The notes: generated from the letters alone by a model not told the origin. DNA of 24,000 nt from Acidianus brierleyi (GCF_003201835.2 NZ_CP029289.2:2510378-2534377), one strand, 5' to 3'; shown: positions 7,023-15,598, counted from the stretch's first letter. Numbers and translations are program-made.

Positions 7023-8387
7023 ATGAACGTAAGATCCTCAACCTTATATTTTATTGGAGCAATTTCATGGTTAGTCATTACTGGTTTAGGTGCTATGAAT
7101 CTTAGAACTTACTTATTGAATGAAGGATCGATAAAATTTGACGAAATATATTACTTCATGCTAACTTTACATGGAGATTCTGGAATGATAGCCTTTGTTT
7201 CTTTCTCATCTCTTGCAATTTCGATATTTCTAATTGAAAAATATTACAGTCTAAATTATAAAATTCTTAATAGTTTGTTTATAATAGCAAATATTGGAAT
7301 TATAATATACTTCTTAGGAGGCCCAATAATAGGATGGTATATGCTTTACCCTCTTTCTACACAATCATTCAATTTTATAGGTATTTACGGTAAATATTTT
7401 TGGATAAGCTATTTAGGAATATTTATATATTGTATATCAATAGAGACATGCTCAGTATATCTTTGGAAAAAATCAAATAATTTAATATTTATTACACTTT
7501 CGCTAATGATTTTCTCAATACCATTTCTCGGAGCCACAATGATACTTTATATTCTAAGTATTGTAAAAGGAATTTCTGTATCCCCTATAATTACCTCGTT
7601 CACGTTTTGGGAATATGGTTCACCCGATACTTATTTTCTCACTTTTTCAGTATTCGCATTACTCTACTATATCTTTAAACCTTTTTCAACAAAATGGACA
7701 TTGTGGTCAAAATATCCTCTCATGATATTGCCCTTTCTTATATTTGCTAACCATCTTCAAACATGGCCTATAAATCCGATAGTAAGAGAAGCTTCGGATT
7801 TCTTTACAATAATTCTTACAGGATTTCTTGCAATTTTATTTTTTAACTTAATTATTCCATTATTTAAAACTACAATAAATTCTACAATAGAGTTTTTAGG
7901 AGTTATTACATTAGGCGGATTTTTAATTTCGTCAATATTCTCCATAATATTACCATTTAATTTCTTTGATCCTATATTTCACAATACTTATTATGTTGTA
8001 GGAAGTTTTCACTCAATAATATGGAACTTCTTAATAACAGGATTCTTCTTGGGATTCTATATCTTTACAACTAATCTTGAAGAGAAGAAAGAATTAAAGA
8101 ACGAGAACGTAATTTTAAAGACTTCACTAATAACATGGTTAATTTCATCAACAATATTAAGCTATTTAATGATGTACTCTGGTTATGAAGGGTTAATAAG
8201 GAGAGAAGTCATTTTCCCTTCTAAATTCTTGCCATCAATGGATTTAATGACAGCGTTTGCGTTTATTGCAGTCACTGCAATAAGTTTGGCTTTTTCTATT
8301 GAACTTTCAAAATTAATAAGTGTTAAGATTAAAAAAATAGAATATAAAAAATTCCAAGCAAAAATTATGAATAAAATCCGTCATTGA
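7023..8387 (+). CDS. Heme-copper oxidase subunit I-like membrane protein (divergent; most binuclear-centre ligands substituted)
   Basis: Blocks align by eye to COX1: DEIYYFMLTLHGDSGMIAF (vs DQIYNVVVTAHAFVMIFF), GWYMLYPLS (GWTVYPPLA), FWEYGSPDTY (FWFFGHPEVY), FANHLQT (WAHHMFT), FHNTYYVVGSFHSII (LHDTYYVVAHFHYVL) and GYEGLIRR (GLSGMPRR). Confidence 0.8.
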   Translation: MNVRSSTLYFIGAISWLVITGLGAMNLRTYLLNEGSIKFDEIYYFMLTLHGDSGMIAFVSFSSLAISIFLIEKYYSLNYKILNSLFIIANIGIIIYFLGGPIIGWYMLYPLSTQSFNFIGIYGKYFWISYLGIFIYCISIETCSVYLWKKSNNLIFITLSLMIFSIPFLGATMILYILSIVKGISVSPIITSFTFWEYGSPDTYFLTFSVFALLYYIFKPFSTKWTLWSKYPLMILPFLIFANHLQTWPINPIVREASDFFTIILTGFLAILFFNLIIPLFKTTINSTIEFLGVITLGGFLISSIFSIILPFNFFDPIFHNTYYVVGSFHSIIWNFLITGFFLGFYIFTTNLEEKKELKNENVILKTSLITWLISSTILSYLMMYSGYEGLIRREVIFPSKFLPSMDLMTAFAFIAVTAISLAFSIELSKLISVKIKKIEYKKFQAKIMNKIRH

Positions 8388-8673
8388 TTTTTCGTTCTAT
8401 TTCTCCCAGAAGTTTAGAATTTATCCATGCTCTTCCAAAAGCACCTATATTTTCCTCATCTATAGTAACTAAAACATTATTTGGATCTCCTCTAACTCTT
8501 ACTAAAATTATCTCCTCTTTATGGAAATGTCCTCTCTTTATCCCTTTTATCATAAAATCGGTTGGTTGATTTTGATTTAACGTAATTTCCCAATCTTCGT
8601 CTTTTAATGAGTTTTGAATATCTTGAACTAAGTTTTGAATATTTATATTTCTATCAATAAATTCCCTTTCCAT
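8365..8673 (-). CDS. Hypothetical small soluble protein (102 aa)
   Basis: An ORF with local-proteome-like composition. It is convergent with the 7023-8387 CDS and overlaps its 3' end by 23 nt. No motif recognised. Confidence 0.5.
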   Translation of the reverse strand: MEREFIDRNINIQNLVQDIQNSLKDEDWEITLNQNQPTDFMIKGIKRGHFHKEEIILVRVRGDPNNVLVTIDEENIGAFGRAWINSKLLGEIERKINDGFYS

Positions 8674-8775
8674 AACTACATTACATGAAATTTAAATATA
8701 AAATTTTCGTAACATATTTACAGTTCTCGAAGTTTAAAACTATTTTCTAAATATAAAAAATAAAATTGTTTTATC

Positions 8776-9153
8776 TTATATTTTTCCCACAAAAAGCGTG
8801 TCAAGCTCCTTTTTAATATTTTCGAATTCTGTCATACACCTTATATATTCTTTATATTTAGTGATATATTCTCTTCCTTTTTCAGTTAAATAATACTCAT
8901 CTCCTCTCAAAGTTATATAATTCAATTTCTCAAGTTTACTTAAATATTTTGTAAATATGCCATAGTTTAAATTGGCTGCATACATGAGTTTAGTTTTTTT
9001 CTTTCCGTCACAATTCTTTAATATAGAAAACATAACCTCATAACAATCTCTCTTCTTTCTTATCTCGTTATGAGCATAAGAATCGTAATATTTCGCTCCT
9101 CTATTTATTAAAACGGAGGAAATCTCTTGGACTTTCGGCTCCTTTTCCCTCAT
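8776..9153 (-). CDS. Winged helix-turn-helix transcriptional regulator (archaeal HTH_45-like)
   Basis: YEVMFSILKNCDGKKKTKLMYAANLNYGIFTKYLSKLEKLNYITLRGDEYYLTEKGREY fits the wHTH pattern: recognition helix, then a beta-wing with a ...Y.LTEKG tail. Confidence 0.7.
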   Translation of the reverse strand: MREKEPKVQEISSVLINRGAKYYDSYAHNEIRKKRDCYEVMFSILKNCDGKKKTKLMYAANLNYGIFTKYLSKLEKLNYITLRGDEYYLTEKGREYITKYKEYIRCMTEFENIKKELDTLFVGKI

Positions 9154-9301
9154 TTTTCCACCATTCTCGACAAGTATTATTTACCTTTACGTTATATAGC
9201 TTTGTTTAACAAATTATAGAAATAAATTTTAAATTATACATTTTCAAAAAAATCATGTAATTTATTATTTAAAATCCAATTATATGATAGACCCCGTACT
9301 T

Positions 9302-9550
9302 GTGAACTCCTCCTACGGCGATTTTCACGAACAACACTCCTAAACAAGAAGACAAGCTTTACAAGAGTGAGACTAAGAAGACTAGGTATAGGGGAGGAGG
9401 TGGTGAAGGCCCTCAAGTTGACCCCAATCAAGTAGTTCCTTCGGCTCTTCAAGCTATCGCCTAGCCATGTTAGAGGCAAAGCATGTGGAGCCTATCCATC
9501 TCCACGGATGGAGTCTTTCGCCTCGTTTGAACCCCCTGTTAAGATAAAAA
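9302..9550 (+). repeat. GC-rich structured repeat, copy C (5' GTGAACTCC, C-type interior 9311-9493, shared 3' hairpin module, tail GAACCCCCTGTTAAGATAAAA)
   Basis: The first and last ~57 nt of the 9311-9493 interior match the reverse complement of the corresponding ends of 341-737, and the 3' module 9494-9535 matches 295-340. The middle differs (about 68 nt here versus about 280 nt in copy A). The 3' module also matches 5481-5526. Confidence 0.85.
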
Positions 9551-9621
9551 AAGTAAAATAAGTTAAAATTTTTATTTTATCTGTAAAATAAGTTTTTTTA
9601 ACTATAACAACATATTTAATT

Positions 9622-10416
9622 ATGAACAAAAAGGAAGGAGAGTTAATAATACAATTATTTAGAAATCCTTTACAGTCCTATAGAAGTATAGCAAAAGAAA
9701 TTGATGTATCAAACTCCCTCATAACTTACATGTTAAGAAGATCTTATTATTCTCCTATAACTAAAGATTTAGTTTTGAGCATTACTCCAAATTTTTTTAA
9801 CCTTTACAAATCAACAATAGTCTTCAAAGAAGACCCGGGAAATATACCTTATTCCTTAAAATTTAAAGGAGATAATAATACTTTTGTCATGATTTATGGA
9901 AAAAATTCTAATAATATTACAGAAATTTTAAAATCACAAGGACTTACTACATCGAACATTAACATGAGATATGACCCCGAACAACTAAAATTTAATTTTC
10001 TTTCTTTCCCTAAAAGGCTGATGGAATTATTGATAGCTGATCCAAACCAAGTTTTAGATTATAAAAAATTAGGAGAGAAAATGAATAGTCCTCCAGCTAC
10101 CATAAGAAGGTATATAAATTATTTTATTAAAAATAATATCATACAATTTTTTCCAAAAATAAATATTGAAAAGAACAATATGTATCTGTTTACACTTATT
10201 ACCCAAAATTTTCAATTATCGATGTCTTTATTAAGAAATTATTATACAATATTAAGACCGTTGGACAATTATGGACTAATACAAGGTATTATTTACGATG
10301 AGGAAGGGACTGCATTATTGGATAAATTAAAATCTTTAGATAAAAAAGTATATATTTCTATCCAATATAAATACGAGACTAATCAGACACCATTTATAAG
10401 ATTTCTAAAAAAATAA
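9622..10416 (+). CDS. Putative transcriptional regulator with two AsnC/Lrp-type HTH-like segments
   Basis: The N-terminus ELIIQLFRNPLQSYRSIAKEIDVSNSLITYMLRR and the internal ELLIADPNQVLDYKKLGEKMNSPPATIRRYINYFIKNNII both fit the HTH_AsnC pattern. Confidence 0.6.
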   Translation: MNKKEGELIIQLFRNPLQSYRSIAKEIDVSNSLITYMLRRSYYSPITKDLVLSITPNFFNLYKSTIVFKEDPGNIPYSLKFKGDNNTFVMIYGKNSNNITEILKSQGLTTSNINMRYDPEQLKFNFLSFPKRLMELLIADPNQVLDYKKLGEKMNSPPATIRRYINYFIKNNIIQFFPKINIEKNNMYLFTLITQNFQLSMSLLRNYYTILRPLDNYGLIQGIIYDEEGTALLDKLKSLDKKVYISIQYKYETNQTPFIRFLKK

Positions 10417-10417
10417 C

Positions 10418-10762
10418 TTAACTTTGTGAAACTTCCATTAAAGTCTTGAATATTTCATTAAAGTCTGCCTTCTGCATTTCTACAAATACTCCATAATTCC
10501 CCATTACACATACTGCGTAGTCTCCTGCTGCTACAGCCCATCCATGAAACGGAGTCCATTTCATTCCCGATAGTTTAGAAAAACCTTCTGCCTGCATTTT
10601 TCCCATTAATGTATTTGCTGCTACCATCATAGCTACCATTTCGGCTATATCCTTTGGTAAGTTTCCCTTATAGCTTACCAATTTTCCATCTATAGTATAT
10701 TCTCCTGCAGCTACTGCTCCCTTTAAGCCCATCAGACGATCTAATTTATCCATATTTATCAT
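10418..10762 (-). CDS. Roadblock/LC7-fold-like small protein (resembles the DUF2173 family)
   Basis: 114 aa: GAVAAGEYTIDGKLVSYKGNLP...MVAANTLMGKMQAEGFSKLSG...GWAVAAGDYAVCVMGNYGVFVE. The assignment is from recollection of the family pattern, not a search. Confidence 0.55.
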   Translation of the reverse strand: MINMDKLDRLMGLKGAVAAGEYTIDGKLVSYKGNLPKDIAEMVAMMVAANTLMGKMQAEGFSKLSGMKWTPFHGWAVAAGDYAVCVMGNYGVFVEMQKADFNEIFKTLMEVSQS

Positions 10763-11001
10763 TATTATAATGTATGTTTAGATTATATAAATTTTATGAA
10801 TAAAAAATTTTCTCTACTTAGTATTGAATATTAAATTATTAAATCTTTATATTGATATCTTCCTTTCACGTTTCTATTATTATAAGTTAGTTAAACCCAG
10901 TTAAAGAAAGACAAAATTTAAAAACTATATTATTTAGTTAATTTTATACAATCGGATTTGACACTTTACATTTATATATCGTGACTATAATATTTTTTCC
11001 T

Positions 11002-11403
11002 ATGAACCAAGAGATTATAAGAAGAAACCTTAATGATATTAAATCTTCAGGAATATTATTAGAAAAAATTCTCCCTAATATATATGTTAACAGATATAAC
11101 ATCTTTTCTGACATTTTTATAGTAAGCGAGAAAAAAGGAATGTATGTCCATTGTATGAAACATTGTATTAAAGGTACTGGTTGTGTCTTGTATGAAACAA
11201 CTCTAAGTGAGAAAATTCCAGATATTATAAACAAGGAATTTATAGAAAAACTAGAACTTAAACCAATTTATATTAGTAAAAAAGCATTAATATCAATAAA
11301 CACTTTGAGAGAAGCTTCAAATACTCTAAAGAAAGAAGAATTAAAAATAGCTTCAGAGAAAATAATTCAGAAAATTAATGAAGGATTATTTGACAATTTT
11401 TAA
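11002..11403 (+). CDS. Hypothetical protein (133 aa from ATG 11002; the track's GTG start is 10981)
   Basis: Composition is protein-like (K/I/E/L rich). Preferred over the overlapping antisense ORF 10944-11234, which is low-complexity and hydrophobic. Confidence 0.5.
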   Translation: MNQEIIRRNLNDIKSSGILLEKILPNIYVNRYNIFSDIFIVSEKKGMYVHCMKHCIKGTGCVLYETTLSEKIPDIINKEFIEKLELKPIYISKKALISINTLREASNTLKKEELKIASEKIIQKINEGLFDNF

Positions 11404-11496
11404 CTTATACGTTATAATTGAATTTTTCTCTTGTCAATTCTTTGAAAACTTTTGTCAAAGAATACCCTTTTAAGGAATACTAAATTATCCTAAAAT

Positions 11497-11799
11497 ATGG
11501 ACGATCTTACAAAAATAATTAAGGACAGAACAAGAAGAGAGATTTTACTTTATCTTCATAATAGAGGAAAAGCTACATATTCCGACATTCTTCATGATAT
11601 GAAATTATCTACAGGAAAACTAAATTATCACTTAAAAGTTCTAGAACCATTCCTCTCGAAAGAAAACGAATACTATAAACTTAATGATAAGGGCAATCAA
11701 TTAGCAGAAATAATCCTTAGTTTAGGAGATAACAAAAATTCCTCAGAAAAGTATTACCGCAATTCTTTGCTATTATTTCATTTATTCTCCTCATTATAA
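11497..11799 (+). CDS. ArsR/SmtB-type wHTH regulator domain; probably the N-terminal part of a frameshifted HTH-membrane fusion
   Basis: RTRREILLYLHNRGKATYSDILHDMKLSTGKLNYHLKVLEPFL is the classic ArsR HTH (xxLxYHLxxL). Confidence 0.75.
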   Translation: MDDLTKIIKDRTRREILLYLHNRGKATYSDILHDMKLSTGKLNYHLKVLEPFLSKENEYYKLNDKGNQLAEIILSLGDNKNSSEKYYRNSLLLFHLFSSL

Positions 11800-12308
11800 G
11801 TTCAGAGATTTTATATTCTTCTGGATTTTATATAATTTATTCTATTTCAATAATTACTTTATTAATATCTTCATTTCTAAATTATGTACAGGAAGAAGTT
11901 GAAGGTTTTGAAAATTTTATGATTTTATTAGCACTATTTTTCCCTTATGTCTTCTTCGTATTGAGGGGAAAAATTTTCAGTTTTTTACCATTATATTTAA
12001 TTATAAGCCCTTATTATCATAATATTACATTTAGTTACTATATTAATGAACTAATACCTACAGCAGTATATTATTTTGGAGTACTCCCAAGATTTGTGAA
12101 CTACAACGTAAGGTTGATGAGTATAGTTTGGGGAATAATTTTAATTGCAGATTCTTTATCTGGATTTATTGATTTGACTCCTTTATTACTTGGACTATCT
12201 ATTCTTGTAAATAAGGAATCAACATATAATTATAAATTGTTTTTATTAATTACCATAGTGTTAATAATTTCAGCTACGTTATTTAAAATATTTATTCTAC
12301 AGTATTAA
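11733..12308 (+). CDS. Multi-pass membrane domain (track ORF 11919-12308); the frame is open back to 11733 with no start codon
   Basis: This frame reads VLPQFFAIISFILLIISSEILYSSGFYIIYSISIITLLISSFL before the first ATG (11919), giving extra TM-like segments. It overlaps the end of the ArsR frame by 67 nt. Confidence 0.5.
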   Translation, partial: QKFLRKVLPQFFAIISFILLIISSEILYSSGFYIIYSISIITLLISSFLNYVQEEVEGFENFMILLALFFPYVFFVLRGKIFSFLPLYLIISPYYHNITFSYYINELIPTAVYYFGVLPRFVNYNVRLMSIVWGIILIADSLSGFIDLTPLLLGLSILVNKESTYNYKLFLLITIVLIISATLFKIFILQY

Positions 12309-12709
12309 TCTGGGTTTATGCTATAAAAATCAGTATTTTCTAATAGTATTCCCCTAGGTATTTTAGCAAATAGATATCTTAAGAACGGTAATGAGGAATA
12401 AGAAAGCTCTATATATTTATTTCCATCTATAAATAGTTCTATCTTATTTCTATAATGATCTACATAAGCTATAAAATTAGAGAATTTTAATAAATGGACT
12501 AAATCCACGACTGTTTTATCTCCTACAAGTAAGTGTCCAAAATTCTCTGTAAAATAGTCTAGGTCTACTTCTTCTACATCATAAACTATCATAGGTCTAG
12601 AAAATCTTATATTAATTCCTTCAAGGTCTTCTAATTGCCTTACTTCCCTTACTTTTCCATCGTAAATAAATTTCTTATCTTTAGTTAGAAACAGAACCTT
12701 GAAAGCCAT
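12305..12709 (-). CDS. Hypothetical protein (134 aa)
   Basis: An ORF with protein-like composition. Its stop overlaps the convergent 12308 stop. It is the last gene in the minus-strand run that includes the SWIM/AAA+ cluster. No motif recognised. Confidence 0.5.
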   Translation of the reverse strand: MAFKVLFLTKDKKFIYDGKVREVRQLEDLEGINIRFSRPMIVYDVEEVDLDYFTENFGHLLVGDKTVVDLVHLLKFSNFIAYVDHYRNKIELFIDGNKYIELSYSSLPFLRYLFAKIPRGILLENTDFYSINPD

Positions 12710-12861
12710 AAAATTTATGTGGATTTGGTATAATTTATAGTTTTCTTATGAAGATTATTAATAAGATATGAATATAGTCATTACAAATTAATATATATAC
12801 TATATATAGTCTATAGAAACTATATAGATCTAACAAAGTATTTTCGTCATATCATTTGCGT

Positions 12862-13083
12862 TTACTGTATTTTTTTATTACATCTTATTTTTCTCATGCA
12901 AATCTTTATATGTTTACAATTTCCTCTAATGGCGAAACCTTTGCAACTACAACTTGCTTTAACATATTTTCCAAGTTCTATCCTAACTATGTAACTCTTT
13001 AAAGGATTTTTCTCACTATTTATTGCAAACAAGTAAATTCTTGAATCCATATAATTTCTTTTAATTATGAGATATGGATACAT
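12862..13083 (-). CDS. Small SWIM zinc-finger protein (73 aa)
   Basis: YIVRIELGKYVKASCSCKGFAIRGNCKHIKIC fits the SWIM signature CxCx(n)CxH. Confidence 0.7.
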   Translation of the reverse strand: MYPYLIIKRNYMDSRIYLFAINSEKNPLKSYIVRIELGKYVKASCSCKGFAIRGNCKHIKICMRKIRCNKKIQ

Positions 13084-13115
13084 ACATTAAAAGTAAAGAT
13101 TTTAAAAAATCAGAC

Positions 13116-14471
13116 TTACCCGATATTATTTACAGTCTCATTGCCAGTTTTTTGTACAAAAGACAACGTGAACTCCTTAATTTTTTCTTCAAGTATTTCC
13201 GAATCTCCATGAAGTATTCTTATAGCTTCTAATGTAGGCACTTCTATTTTAGTTACTTTAGACTCATCTACTTTCAGTTTCATAGAATTTGTAATAACGA
13301 ACCTATTGCCTACAATGTACTCTTTTTTATCATGCTCCACTTTTTCCAATTGTGATAATAATTTTATATCTTCGTCTTCTTCCTTATCGTCATTCATCAA
13401 TTTTACAATTCCTACAAATGCTAAGTCGTCCTTTATAAAGAATATTCCAGCTACAATGTATTTCCCTTTAACTTCTATCCTTTTACCTCTTAAATGCACA
13501 TAAGATAATCCTAATTCTTTCGACATTGAGCTAAGGCCTTCTCTAATAAACTTCTCTAAATTCTTAGACTCATCGTCAGGATTCTTTAATGTATGTGAAC
13601 TCCTTAACTTTTCTTTTATGCATTCTGCATTATCACCGCATTCTTTATCAAATTTTTCTATCTGCGATTTAATAAACTGTAATATAGAGCTAACAGTATT
13701 TAATTCCCTTCCCTTCCACATTGAAAGTACTATTGGAAATATCTCTTCGCTTATAGGATTACAATAAGCGTCTACTATTTCTTTTATATCTTCTGGGGTG
13801 AGGGCACTATCGAGGGATATTCTACTTTCGTCCAATCTCCTCCTTATTGCAAGATCTGTAACCTTACTATAAGAATCTGTAGGTATTGCCATTATAACTG
13901 GTATTCCCAACCCTGCATTTATTAATCTATGAATTTTAGGAATGTGACTTTCTCTTACTTCGTCAATAAGTAACGCAACTTTAGTTATTCCGTTAAGGTC
14001 GGAAAGTAAGTTCAACATCCCGTCAAAGTCCTTATTATAGGAAAGGCAATAAATCCTCAAATATTTATCGTCGTATTTATCGCATACTTTTACTAACCAA
14101 TCTTCAAGTTTAGTTCCAGTAATTTTTTTCCAAAATGAATACCCGAATTTCTTCCTATTCTCATTTAAATAGTTAAAAGTTAATTCCTTCAAGTTATATG
14201 GACTGATTTTACTCCAAAATTCTTCCTCTATTTCACCCTTACTAGCTAGATCTAGGTAAAAGGACAACTCACTTACATTTTCTTGAGTTTTCTTTAATAT
14301 TGTAGTTTTACCCATTCCAGGCTGTCCTATTATAGAAGCTACATCATTGTTCTTTATAGCATCCAGAGTTTTTTGCAAATATTTTGTATAAGTAGGACCT
14401 ACCAAAATAACGTTCTTACTGTTCCATGTTGTCACTGTAACTTTCGGTATATTACATAACATTTCATTCAC
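13116..14471 (-). CDS. AAA+ P-loop ATPase of the Orc1/Cdc6 / archaeal-ATPase type with a distinct C-terminal domain
   Basis: Walker A GQPGMGKTT; Walker B ALLIDEV; sensor-1-like IMAIPT. LAIRRRLDESRISLDSALTPEDIKEIVDAY resembles the Orc1/Cdc6 box VII region. The likely true start is ATG 14462, preceded by GGGGTGA (14468-14474), 1 nt after the upstream gene's TGA stop. Confidence 0.8.
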   Translation of the reverse strand: MNEMLCNIPKVTVTTWNSKNVILVGPTYTKYLQKTLDAIKNNDVASIIGQPGMGKTTILKKTQENVSELSFYLDLASKGEIEEEFWSKISPYNLKELTFNYLNENRKKFGYSFWKKITGTKLEDWLVKVCDKYDDKYLRIYCLSYNKDFDGMLNLLSDLNGITKVALLIDEVRESHIPKIHRLINAGLGIPVIMAIPTDSYSKVTDLAIRRRLDESRISLDSALTPEDIKEIVDAYCNPISEEIFPIVLSMWKGRELNTVSSILQFIKSQIEKFDKECGDNAECIKEKLRSSHTLKNPDDESKNLEKFIREGLSSMSKELGLSYVHLRGKRIEVKGKYIVAGIFFIKDDLAFVGIVKLMNDDKEEDEDIKLLSQLEKVEHDKKEYIVGNRFVITNSMKLKVDESKVTKIEVPTLEAIRILHGDSEILEEKIKEFTLSFVQKTGNETVNNIG

Positions 14472-14967
14472 CCCTTCTCTTAATTATACCATATATGGAA
14501 CCTTTCCTAACATAACCTTCCTCTCCACCAGCAATAAAATCGTAATTATCTTCAATATGGCGCTTTAATTTAGAATAAAACTCTTCCTTGTCCATGCCCA
14601 ATTCTATCCTAATTGCCTGCAAATGTGCATATCCTAGATTATCCTTAACCTTGTCATATACAGCATCAAAAGTATCTTCACTAATTTTCTTTTTTTCTGA
14701 AATATATTCTTGTAATTTCCTTATTTCGTCTTTAATTTCTCTTATTTCGTTTAATATTATGTCAGTCTTATCTATCTCTAGAATTTCGTATGCTTTACCT
14801 CCTCCACTTTCAATTTTTCTAATTTTACCACTTTTTTCCATTTTTTCTAGTACGTTGAGAAGTTCTTCTCCGTCACACTTTAATTTCCTCTTAATTTTCG
14901 AAAAAGCTACTGGTTTACCGTCGTAAAGTTCCTTTAATGTAGCAATAATCTCATCCTCTGAAAGCAT
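14464..14967 (-). CDS. Two-domain protein: N-terminal wHTH plus a conserved uncharacterised C-terminal domain (paralogue of 15038-15598)
   Basis: N-terminus: IIATLKELYDGKPVAFSKIKRKLKCDGEELLNVLEKMEKSGKIRKIE (wHTH-like). C-terminus: FDAVYDKVKDNLGYAHLQAIRIELGMDKEEFYSKLKRHIEDNYDFIAGGEEGYVRKGSIYGIIK, shared with the neighbouring gene. Confidence 0.7.
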   Translation of the reverse strand: MLSEDEIIATLKELYDGKPVAFSKIKRKLKCDGEELLNVLEKMEKSGKIRKIESGGGKAYEILEIDKTDIILNEIREIKDEIRKLQEYISEKKKISEDTFDAVYDKVKDNLGYAHLQAIRIELGMDKEEFYSKLKRHIEDNYDFIAGGEEGYVRKGSIYGIIKRRGE

Positions 14968-15037
14968 GTCCTATATCTTTATTCAAATCCTTTAAATACC
15001 ATAAGATAAGTAATACTTTAGATTTTTTATGAAAAAA

Positions 15038-15598
15038 TTATTTTAACTTTATTATACCATACAGATTTCCTTTTCTCGTTAACCCTTCTTCTCCTCCAGG
15101 ATATAGCTGATATTTACTTTCTATATATTCCCCATACGTAGAATAGAAGGCTTCTTTAGTTAATCCCATTTCGATTCTTATTGCGGAAAGTTTAGAATAT
15201 CCGTCTGAATCCTTAGTCTTTCCGTAAATCTCGTCAAATTTCTTTGAATCTACAGTATTCTCCTTTAAGAGTATTTTTCTTATATCTTGAATATAATTTA
15301 TGATATCTGAAAACATTTCATTTATCTTTGGTTCATCAATTTTGTTTTCTTTAACCTCAAGCTTATTCTCCTCATGATCCTCGTTATTCTCTTGTTTAAC
15401 GTAATACAGTATAGAATTACCAGATTTTTCCTTAATTAATTTCCCTTCTTTTACTAACTCTTCTAAAAAGTCGTCTACTTGTTTACTTCTTCCTATTTTA
15501 TCCTTAATTCTCGTCTTCGGTACTTTATCTATACCTTCCTTCTGTAATTGAATTATAATGTTTAAAATATCTTCTTTAGAAATAGTTTTAGCCATCAT
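15038..15598 (-). CDS. Two-domain protein: N-terminal wHTH plus a conserved uncharacterised C-terminal domain (paralogue of 14464-14967)
   Basis: N-terminus: ILNIIIQLQKEGIDKVPKTRIKDKIGRSKQVDDFLEELVKEGKLIKEK. C-terminus: FDEIYGKTKDSDGYSKLSAIRIEMGLTKEAFYSTYGEYIESKYQLYPGGEEGLTRKGNLYGIIK. An acidic/lysine-rich linker lies between them. Confidence 0.7.
   Translation of the reverse strand: MMAKTISKEDILNIIIQLQKEGIDKVPKTRIKDKIGRSKQVDDFLEELVKEGKLIKEKSGNSILYYVKQENNEDHEENKLEVKENKIDEPKINEMFSDIINYIQDIRKILLKENTVDSKKFDEIYGKTKDSDGYSKLSAIRIEMGLTKEAFYSTYGEYIESKYQLYPGGEEGLTRKGNLYGIIKLK

Noticed and set aside
9234-9479. Track ORF 9234-9479 (-), 81 aa
   Set aside because: It lies antisense across repeat copy C, is arginine/serine-rich and low in complexity, and has no independent support.
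10944-11234. ORF 10944-11234 (-), 96 aa
   Set aside because: It overlaps the more protein-like plus-strand ORF 11002-11403. Its sequence is hydrophobic low-complexity typical of AT-rich antisense frames. This is a weak call either way.
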